NCBI GenBank assembly: GCA_049968255.1
Contig: JBMFRB010000002.1
Coordinates: 1-64,000 of the forward strand
Length of the DNA: 64,000 bases
DNA from: Candidatus Sumerlaeaceae bacterium
GTDB lineage: Bacteria; Sumerlaeota; Sumerlaeia; Sumerlaeales; Sumerlaeaceae
Direction: 5' to 3'
Translations under genes and position numbers: made by a program
Shown here: piece by piece, positions 17,828-26,700 of the stretch
Position numbering within the stretch: the first letter of the stretch is position 1
Layout of the letters: each line of letters opens with the position of its first letter
The notes under the pieces: model-generated
Seen by the model: only the letters and a program-made list of their open reading frames with translations
The model's database searches: none
Told to the model about the DNA's origin: nothing

Positions 17828-20593
17828 TCAGCCAGCGCGCAACTGCTGGAGTTTTGCTGCATACTGCGCGTGTTGGCTTTCAAGTTGCTGCAATTTTGTT
17901 TTCTCTTTTTCCACTACTGCGGCTGGGGCCTTGGACACGAATGCCTCGCTTGCCAATTTTCGTTTCTGACTATCAATCGCTTCTGCCAGTCGGCTCAGCT
18001 CGCGTTCCACGCGAGCCACCTCGGCCTCGCGCATTTCCGCAGGCAATTCGATGTGAACCACTACTGGGCCCGCGACCGCCGTCGATGTGAAAGCCGAAGG
18101 CGCCAGCGCAGCGTAAATCTGAAGAGATTTCACGTTTGTCAGGCGTTCGACGAAATCTGAGTGCTTCTCCAAGAGCGCGCGCACTGCACTGTCGCCACAG
18201 ACGAGATTGACATCCGTCGCGACCGCAGGGGGCACTCTCATCTCTCCGCGAATGTTGCGAATCGCGTAAACGATCTCCTGAAGAAGGTTCACGGCGTTGC
18301 ACGCCTCATCGTCGCGGAGCGCCTCCACCTCGGCTTTGGCAAATCTATTCCAGGGGGCTACCATAATGGAGTCGTGAGCCAAGGCGCTCAGCATCCGCTG
18401 CCCAAGCGAGTTGTGCCCACAGGTGACAGTGGTGCTGCTCCACCGATGGCGCAGAGCTTGCCAAAGTTCCTCGGTGATGAACGGACAGAAGGGATGAAGG
18501 AGCCGCAGCATGCCTTCAAGCACAACGACCGCTGTTGCTTGGGCAGCCCGCTTGCTTGTCTCGTTGGCCTGGTCGGTGTTGTATATACGCGGCTTGATAA
18601 GCTCGAGGTAGTAATCGCAATAGTGCTTCCAAAGGAAATCATAGATGGCGCGCACTGCGTCATCAAAGCGATATGCCTCGAGGGCTGTTTCCACCTCTTC
18701 GGCAGTGTGCACATATTCTGCTAGAATCCAGCGGTCTTCGAGAAGGAGTTGGCCGCGTTTCTCGACGCCCAAGGGAACAGCTTTGGCGATTTGCTCAAAG
18801 CTTAGATCTGTGGTGTTGCTGAGAACAAACCGCGCAGCGTTCCAAATTTTGTTCATAAAATTTCGATAGCCCTCGCAGCGTTTCACGCTAAAGGCTATGT
18901 GTTGTTCCTGGGCAGCGTAATCGCAGAGGGTGATGCGCAGGGCATCTGTCCCGTATTGTTCCATGAGGTCCAGGGGATCAATGGCATTGCCCTTTGACTT
19001 GCTCATCTTTTTGCCGTGTTCGTCGCCGACGATGGGGTTGAAGTACACATCGTGGAAAGGCACATCGCCGAGGAAGTGCAGTCCCATCATGATCATGCGC
19101 GCCACCCAGAGAAAGATAATGTCCTTGGCGGTGACGAGCGTGTCCGTTGGGTAGAAGAGCTCAAGCTCACGCGTGCGATCTGGCCAGCCGAGTGTTGAGA
19201 AAGGCCAAAGTGCACTGGAGAACCACGTGTCGAGCACATCCGGGTCTTGTGCCATGCGCTTGCTGCCACACCGCGGGCATGCGCCATCGAAGATCTCCGC
19301 ATCGGTCACCACCAGTTCACCGCACTCCTTGCATGTCCACGCCGGAATGCGGTGTCCCCACCATAGCTGACGCGAAATGCACCAGTCTCGCAGATTGTCA
19401 AGCCAATGGAAGTAGTCACGCTCACGGCTTTTTGGGATAAACCGAACTCGCCCTTGCTCCACGGCCTTGCGCGCTGGCTCAGCCAGCGGCGCCATCTTCA
19501 CGAACCATTGAAGCGACACGTAGGGCTCGATGACGGTGTGGCAACGATAGCACTCACCAGAGCGCTGCGTGTAATCCTCAATTTTCTCGATCAGTCCTTG
19601 CGCCGCGAGATCCTCAACGATGCGTTTTCGTGCTTCGTAGCGGTCGAGCCCCGCATAAGCCGGCACAATCTCGTTGATCTTTGCGTCCGGCGTGAGAACA
19701 TTGATTTCTGCCAGGCCGTGGCGTTTGCCCGCGAGGTAGTCGTTGAAATCGTGAGCGGGCGTGATCTTCACCATTCCCGTTCCGAAATCTTTCTCCACGA
19801 AATCATCGGCAATGATGGGAATGCGCCGACCAACGAGCGGCAAGATGACATGCTTGCCGATCCAATCGCGATAACGATCGTCCGATGGATTGACCGCAAC
19901 AGCCGAATCACCGAGCATGGTTTCGGGGCGTGTGGTCGCGACGACAGCGTATTGCCCCGGCTCGCCCTCGATCGGGTAGCGCAAGTACCACAACTGACCC
20001 GGCTTTTCGGAAAATTCGACCTCATCATCACTCAGGGTTGTTTGACAGCGCGGACACCAGTTCACGAGATAATTCCCGCGATACACAAGTCCTTCGTCAT
20101 AAAGCCGCTTGAACACAGTTCGCACCGCGCGCGAAAGACCAGGATCCATGGTGAAGCGCTCGCGTTGCCAGTCACACGAGCAGCCGAGCCGCTTGAGCTG
20201 TGTGACAATAATCCGACCGTGCTTTTCCTTCCACTGCCACACTCGCTCGAGGAAGCGTTCGCGCCCGAGGCCTTCGCGCGTCAAGCCTTCCTTTTTGATC
20301 GCACGTTCCACCACCACCTGTGTGGCGATACTCGCATGATCCGTGCCTGGGACCCAAAGTGCGTTATAGCCGGACATGCGCTTCCACCGGATCAGTACGT
20401 CTTGCAGGGTGTTGTTCAGGGCATGGCCCATGTGCAAAATGCCTGTGATGTTTGGCGGCGGAATAACAATGCAATAAGGAGGACGCTGCGACGGGTCGAG
20501 CGTCTCATCCGCATGGAAGAAGCCTTTGTTTTCCCACCACTCGTACCACTTCGACTCAGTAGTCTGAGGATCGTAGCGGGTTGATTGTTCCAT
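17828..20593 (-). CDS. valS: Valine--tRNA ligase
   Basis: PPPNITG.LHMGHA, DWCISRQLWWGH, KMSKS, C-terminal coiled coil FVSKAP; start trimmed to MEQSTRYDP. Confidence 0.97.
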   Translation of the reverse strand: MEQSTRYDPQTTESKWYEWWENKGFFHADETLDPSQRPPYCIVIPPPNITGILHMGHALNNTLQDVLIRWKRMSGYNALWVPGTDHASIATQVVVERAIKKEGLTREGLGRERFLERVWQWKEKHGRIIVTQLKRLGCSCDWQRERFTMDPGLSRAVRTVFKRLYDEGLVYRGNYLVNWCPRCQTTLSDDEVEFSEKPGQLWYLRYPIEGEPGQYAVVATTRPETMLGDSAVAVNPSDDRYRDWIGKHVILPLVGRRIPIIADDFVEKDFGTGMVKITPAHDFNDYLAGKRHGLAEINVLTPDAKINEIVPAYAGLDRYEARKRIVEDLAAQGLIEKIEDYTQRSGECYRCHTVIEPYVSLQWFVKMAPLAEPARKAVEQGRVRFIPKSRERDYFHWLDNLRDWCISRQLWWGHRIPAWTCKECGELVVTDAEIFDGACPRCGSKRMAQDPDVLDTWFSSALWPFSTLGWPDRTRELELFYPTDTLVTAKDIIFLWVARMIMMGLHFLGDVPFHDVYFNPIVGDEHGKKMSKSKGNAIDPLDLMEQYGTDALRITLCDYAAQEQHIAFSVKRCEGYRNFMNKIWNAARFVLSNTTDLSFEQIAKAVPLGVEKRGQLLLEDRWILAEYVHTAEEVETALEAYRFDDAVRAIYDFLWKHYCDYYLELIKPRIYNTDQANETSKRAAQATAVVVLEGMLRLLHPFCPFITEELWQALRHRWSSTTVTCGHNSLGQRMLSALAHDSIMVAPWNRFAKAEVEALRDDEACNAVNLLQEIVYAIRNIRGEMRVPPAVATDVNLVCGDSAVRALLEKHSDFVERLTNVKSLQIYAALAPSAFTSTAVAGPVVVHIELPAEMREAEVARVERELSRLAEAIDSQKRKLASEAFVSKAPAAVVEKEKTKLQQLESQHAQYAAKLQQLRAG

Positions 20594-21027
20594 CGGACCT
20601 CTCACAGAAAAGCAAATTTTTCGACGAAATCTATTTCTCCTTGCCACAGCGCATTCGGCACGCATGTCAAGGGAGCAGAAATTTCGCATGCAAAATTCGC
20701 TCCACCGAGTACCAGGCTAGATCTGTGCGCAAGACGGCTCGCTCTTGACAACTGCCGCTCGGGTGAAGTTTTTTTCATCGTGTCGAATTTTCAAGTTAAG
20801 TGACTGGCCCTTGCATGCGTTGTGATGGAAAGGTAAAAATCTAGGGTTGACGAGACTTGTGGAAATTGACCACGTTGGCGTCAATCTTACACACTGCTAG
20901 CGCGGATCGAGTGAGAAGCGAGAAGAAGTTCAGCAAAGTATCCCAAGAGGGTCTTGCGTTGGAATGAAAAACGGTAGGGACAGTTGGATTCAGCAGCAGA
21001 TGCTGAGGGGAGGGTGTGTGCGCGCCC

Positions 21028-23031
21028 ATGCATAATCTGCGCAAGTGCCTTGGAATCGACATCGGCATGACGTCGGTCAAAATTGCCGAACTGGTGGCGG
21101 AAAAAACGGGTGCGCGCGTCACAAAGCTCCATGTTGTCCCCATTCCCTTGCCCCCAGGTCCCCTCGATGCCGAGCGTATCGAGATTGTCTCCAAAACCAT
21201 TCGTGAGACTCTCAAAGAGCAAAAAATCTCCACCAAGCACGCTGTATTCTGCATTTCGGGCCAAAACGTTTTTGTCCGCAAAGTCCGCTTACCGCGCACG
21301 ACTGAGGAGCGCCTCCATCGTATCATCGCCTACGAGGCGCGCCAACAGATCCCCTTTGCTCTCGAAAATGCGGTGGTCGAATACCAGGTTTTTGATCTCG
21401 GGCCCGACAGTGAGCTTGAGGTACTTCTCGTTGCTGTAAAGAAGGATCTCGTCAACGAGTTCATGAAGCTTGTTGGCAGCACGGGGCTAAAACCGGTCGC
21501 CATTTCGGTCAGCTCTTTTGCCCTTTTCAACTTCCACGTTTTCGACAGCACACCTTTCAACAAGCTCTGCGAGGAGCTTGGATTGGTGAAAAAGAAGAAG
21601 TCGGCAAAATCTGCCGCCACAGGCGAAGGTCAGGCGGCACTGGGGGAGCAGCCATCCGAAAAGAAAAAATTTAGTTTCAAGCTGCCTAGCTTCAGTTTTG
21701 GAAAAAAAAAGCAACAGCCAGCTAAAGTGGCAAGTTCAGAAGAACTGCCTGAGGTTGCAGTGGAAGAAGTGCCGGAGGAAGAAGAAGTTTTCGAGGAAGT
21801 GCGAGCCTTTATCAACGTCGGCGCACAAGTGTTTGACCTCGCGATTGGTCGATTAGGTAAACATCGCCTTCTCGGGTTCACTCGAAGCGTGGCGTGGGGA
21901 GGACTTGAGCTGACGCGCACTCTCCAGGAAAGGTTGGGCATCGCAACACTCGAAGAGGCGGAAGAACTCAAGCGCCAGAGGGCACTGGTTATCGTTCCTG
22001 GTCGCGAACAAGAGCTTGAGCAAGTGGGCGCCGATCCCGAAGCCTCGGAGTTTACAACGAGCTGGGCAGATCGCCTCATTCTCGATATACGCAAGTCCTT
22101 GGATTACTACATTTCGCAGCCGGATGGCGTGGCTGTGGACGCGATCTGGTTGAGCGGCGGCCAAGCAGTGCAGCCAAATTTGGCGGCTTATATCGAGGAA
22201 AAGCTTGGCATACCGGTCGAGATCAAGACGCACGTAGAAAACGAGGCGTTGCGAGTTCCCGGGGCTGATGAGAATTCGGCAGGCATCGTCAATTTTTGTA
22301 TCGCGCTCGGCCTGGGGCTCACAGGACTCGGATATGGCCGGATCACAATTGATTTTCTGCCGCGTGAGCTCAAAACGCTGCGCGAATTCAAAAAGAAGAA
22401 CATCGAGCTCGTGCTTTTGACGTCCGGTCTTGCTGCGATGATAGCGGTCAGCACGCAGGTGGGCCAGCGCGACATTAGCAACATGAGACGTTGGCTTGAC
22501 GAGAACCAAATGAAGATCCAGAGCGCCGCTCAGACCAAGGCCAAGCTAGATGAGGCGCGACAAAAACGCGATAAAGTGAATGCAAAGTTCACAGCGTTAG
22601 GCGATGGCATTGGCGATCGCGGATTTTGGCTAGAATTTCTCGGCATGCTCCAGAGTGTGAAGCCGGCCGACGTTCTCATCACCAGTATCCAGATGAGGCC
22701 CGATGGAGTCGTCACCATAGAATGTGAAGCTGAAAACCTCCGCTCGTTGCTGGATTTTGTGAAAGCTCTGCAAACGCAGCAGGAGTGGGTGAAGGAGATC
22801 ATCAACAGCAATGTCGGCGACCCCTCGCTTGTGCGTTTCTCGAATTTTGTTGGAAAACAAGTTCAGACAGGCGTGATAACGCTACAAGTTCACTGGAAGA
22901 CAACGCGTTTGGCCCCCGCGCGCCAGACTCTCGAGCCTGGGCTTATGTATCCGACTCCACCGCCTGCGACGCCAGCGGCTCCTCGACCTGGTCCGGGGGG
23001 AGTTCCTGGCGCAGCGGAACCAATGCTGTGA
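21028..23031 (+). CDS. pilM: PilM (actin-like) fused to a PilN-like TM/periplasmic domain
   Basis: LGIDIGMTSVKIAE, YEARQQIPF, VLLVAVKK, LSGG, ALGLGL, then IDFLP (PilN INLLP motif), TM, coiled coil and KPADVLITSI domain; alternative GTG start 21016. Confidence 0.82.
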   Translation: MHNLRKCLGIDIGMTSVKIAELVAEKTGARVTKLHVVPIPLPPGPLDAERIEIVSKTIRETLKEQKISTKHAVFCISGQNVFVRKVRLPRTTEERLHRIIAYEARQQIPFALENAVVEYQVFDLGPDSELEVLLVAVKKDLVNEFMKLVGSTGLKPVAISVSSFALFNFHVFDSTPFNKLCEELGLVKKKKSAKSAATGEGQAALGEQPSEKKKFSFKLPSFSFGKKKQQPAKVASSEELPEVAVEEVPEEEEVFEEVRAFINVGAQVFDLAIGRLGKHRLLGFTRSVAWGGLELTRTLQERLGIATLEEAEELKRQRALVIVPGREQELEQVGADPEASEFTTSWADRLILDIRKSLDYYISQPDGVAVDAIWLSGGQAVQPNLAAYIEEKLGIPVEIKTHVENEALRVPGADENSAGIVNFCIALGLGLTGLGYGRITIDFLPRELKTLREFKKKNIELVLLTSGLAAMIAVSTQVGQRDISNMRRWLDENQMKIQSAAQTKAKLDEARQKRDKVNAKFTALGDGIGDRGFWLEFLGMLQSVKPADVLITSIQMRPDGVVTIECEAENLRSLLDFVKALQTQQEWVKEIINSNVGDPSLVRFSNFVGKQVQTGVITLQVHWKTTRLAPARQTLEPGLMYPTPPPATPAAPRPGPGGVPGAAEPML

Positions 23032-23038
23032 GGCAACA

Positions 23039-23542
23039 ATGAACGAAAAGACGGAACAAATACTCAAGTTGCTTCAGGCAAACATTGACCGCATCGTTAT
23101 CGCGGTCATGTACATTCTCGTCGGTGTGATGGTCTACTTTTGGTGGGTTGAGCAAAACCCCGCCGAGGCCACAACCGGCGAGCAGAAACTAGCCGTGTTG
23201 AAAGATCCCGTGGCAGAAAACTCAAATTACAAAATGATCGCGGAGTACACACGTAATCCTGATATTTCCGCGTTCCCACAAATTGACCAGGTTGCCAAAT
23301 TCAACATGTTCGAATACAAATCGGTGAAGCAGCGCGAAGCTCTCGAGCGCGAAGTGCGCAGCAAAGTCGATTCAGCCGAAAAGGCTATGTCTGAAGGACG
23401 CACAGAAGACGCCCGCCGGTTGCTGCGTGAAGTTTTGGATGTGTTCCCTGCTCACCAGAGGGCGCGTGAACTTATGAACAAGCTAACGAGTGGCGAGCGC
23501 GGGACTGCAGCAAAGACAGCAGCTACGACAGCCCCAAGATAA
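23039..23542 (+). CDS. Bitopic membrane protein with C-terminal TPR-like repeat (pil operon accessory)
   Basis: N-terminal TM, AEKAMSEG..EDARRLLREVLDVFPAH TPR-like; 7 bp after pilMN. Confidence 0.65.
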   Translation: MNEKTEQILKLLQANIDRIVIAVMYILVGVMVYFWWVEQNPAEATTGEQKLAVLKDPVAENSNYKMIAEYTRNPDISAFPQIDQVAKFNMFEYKSVKQREALEREVRSKVDSAEKAMSEGRTEDARRLLREVLDVFPAHQRARELMNKLTSGERGTAAKTAATTAPR

Positions 23543-23757
23543 CTGCCAAAAAGGAGAGCATAATTTTGATTGCTTTTGCAAATCGCTTTGGTCGTGATAA
23601 TGTCAGTTATCTTGACTTCTCGGTAATGGGAGCCGGGCAGAGCTGCTGTTCCGACAAGAGTTGCGGGGAAAAAAGAGAGACGCAAAGGTCTGGTGTTTTG
23701 TCCCAAGGACGGAGAACGGAAAGAGCTGAACTTGTAAAAGGGAGAGAGCCGAAATCA

Positions 23758-26700
23758 ATGCGACGGACAAAGCATAATCGGGTGCTCATGGGTGTTGGCT
23801 TAAGCCTCATTTGCATGGCCGCCATTGGGGCGCCAAGCAGCACTGGCGTGCTCACGGAAAGCCCAAAGGCAGCGTCGATTTCAGCTAGCGCACAGTCAGA
23901 AAGCCTCTACCGTCGTGCGCAGGAGCTGTTTCGGTCTCGGCGTTACGACGAGGCCAAACGCTTGTTTGAGCAAGTTCGTGCACAGGCAGGCGACTATCGA
24001 CAGACTGCATTCTTCCTTTCGGAGATCCAGCGACTGAAAAGTGCCCCAAGCGGAGAAGGCGGCCAGGGCCAGACCATTGCGCCGGGTGGCGGGATCAGCT
24101 CTTCTGAAGCCGTGTCGCGATTGTTAGTCGAGGGGCGACGTGCACTGAAAGAAGGTAATCTCGAAGAGGCCCGCCAGCATTTCCGTCAAGTTGTTGTCCT
24201 CGATAGTGGCAATGCGGAGGCAAAAAGATATCTAGACCAGCTCGACGGGCGTGATAGGCGCGACGAACTTGTCCCAACAACAGCGCGTCTCGATCTTCCC
24301 GCAAAACTCCCAGTGAATGAGGGCCAGTCCCCACAGAACAACGACTCCAGTTCGCAGAATCGCGCGACAGTTGCACAGCAGGTGAAAAAATTTTTCTCAC
24401 GTGAGCTCGAGCCAGCACAACGAGTGAGCCGCCGCGACGAAGCCCAGTTCTCCGCCAGCGGCCTGGCGCAGCGTTCTCGAGTTGAAGTTGTGGGGTTTGA
24501 GCAGCCTGTCATCGCGAGCATGAGAGAGGGCGGAATTCCTTCAGTTCGCGGCGAAAAGAAGGCCACTGCCCCACAAGAAAAAGCATCAAAAGAAAAAGAA
24601 ACAAACCTCGATGCAATCGCTCATAATGCACCGATGGCTGTTGCCAGCGCAAAGGCCGCACTTGCTCATGCTGATACGGCTGCGTCGGCACTGCCTCAAA
24701 AGAATCGCGAAACCTCTTCCAAAGACGCAGCGACGCGGTCACAGGCTGAACCAAAAGTATCTGAAGTAGCGAAGCCGGTGGCAACGGTTTCCGAGCTTCC
24801 ATCGCAGAAGCCAACTGGTGGGGCGGAAGCTGTCTTGATGGCGCCGGGCACAACTAGTGCGCTTCTTGCGCAAGCCGACGCCAGCTCCAAGACTGCTGGA
24901 AAAACAAAAGTTGATCAAGCCGTTGAAAAGAAAGATCTAAAACCACAAGAAGGCACCCAGCGGCAAGACAAGGCTGAGCAGAAAAGCGATGCTTCGGCTC
25001 GCAAGTTGAAAGATGAACAACCAAAAACTTCGCATCAAAAAACGGAATCGGAAAAAGATAGTTCATCAGCGAAAGCCACCAACCCAAAAGTCGAAGCTGA
25101 TACGTTGGTGCGCGAAGCGCAGCGGCTACTAAAAGCCGGAAAGCGTGAAGAAGCTTGGGCAACGGTTCAAAAAGCTTTGGAAAAGGACCCTGCCAACATC
25201 GAGGCCAAGGCGCTCGCGAAAGATCTCGAGAAGCAAGTCGGTCAGAAGAAAGAATCAGCTAAACAGGTCGAAGACAAACCTGTGGTACTTCCTCCGCTTC
25301 AGGCGGCAGAAAAACCAGCTGAAGCCAAAAAAGCTGAAAAGCCAGCCAAGGCCACACCGACGCCCGCGGTTGCAAAAGCGGAGCAGCCAAGAGCCAAGCA
25401 GGTCGATGTTGCCAAAGCCACGAAGCCAGCTCAAAAGAAAGAAGAGGCCACTGTGGCCGAGGCATCGAAGAAGCCGAGATCTGAGGCTGCAAGGCCCTCA
25501 GCAGTGGCGCCGGCGATGCAACGTCCCGCGCCGAGCCAGGACGAGAGCGAAAAAGCGGCGCAGGCCGAAGCGGCTTTCCAAAAGGGGCTGGTAGCTTATC
25601 AGGATGGCCAACTTGACGTAGCTGTTCAATGGTGGAATTATGCCCTGACCCTCGTGCCCAACCACGAGCGAGCTCTGCAATATCTCCAGCAAACGCGTGC
25701 GGAGTACGATGCTTGGGTCCAGAAGCATCAAGCCAATGCTGTCGAGCTTCAGAAAGAAGCCTCCACCAATGCAAAACTCGATACCCCCATCACGTTCGAT
25801 ACGGCAGGGCCAAAATCACTGACAGAATTCCTCAGCGCCCTATCGCTTATCACAGATATCAGCTTCTACATTGCTGATGGCGTAGATCCCGATGTGCGTA
25901 TCACGGCAAAGTTTGAGGAAGTTCCCCTGCGTGATGCTCTCGACACGACATTGCTTCCTATTGGTTTGAAGTGGAGCCAAAGTGGCGAAGTCATCGCCGT
26001 CACTCCTGACCTGAAGACGAAGTTCTTCAATCTGACCCCTGACCAAGTGGCACGCCTCAAAACCCTGCTCGAGAGCAAGACATTGCAGAAGATTCTCTAC
26101 GGTCCGGAGGGTGTGCCGGCAGTAAAGAATGTCGAACTGCTCCTCGACGACCGCGAAAATGTCCTACTGGTGACGGATTCGCAAGAGAACATTAATAAAG
26201 TTGAGGCTTTCTTGAAAGACATGCAGCAGACCGGGCCGCCAGCTCTCATCTACAAAAGTTGGAAAATCCGCCCTGAAGAAGGCCCCAAGATCAAAGCGCT
26301 GGTCGAGGCCATCGTGAAGGTTCAAAGCGATGCACCCTACGATCTGGAACGAAAAGTTGTCGTCGACGGCAGTGATTTGATCGTCAAAGACACGCCAGAG
26401 AACATAAAAAAGATCGAGGAGCTGCTGCTCGACAAGAACTTCATCAAGAAAATCGAAAACCAGCAGTTGCAAGTGGCCACTTTCAACCTTACGCCGCGCG
26501 AACCACTCTCTGACAATATTGAGCAGGTGCGCGAAATGGCGCAAAACATCGTGACGGTTGTGAAGACGCTCCTTTATGCCAAGAGCAGTGAAAGCGCCGC
26601 TTCTGCAGAGGGACGCCGCTACTGGTATGATCCCAACACATTGCAGCTTACGATCGTTGATTATCCGGAAAATCTCCGAATTGTCAGCGATTATATTCGG

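Noticed and set aside
2713-20584. Long antisense ORFs (2713..3615, 16310..17356, 19406..20584 and similar)
   Set aside because: Shadows of alaS, pilB and valS, as expected in moderately GC-rich coding DNA; no motifs
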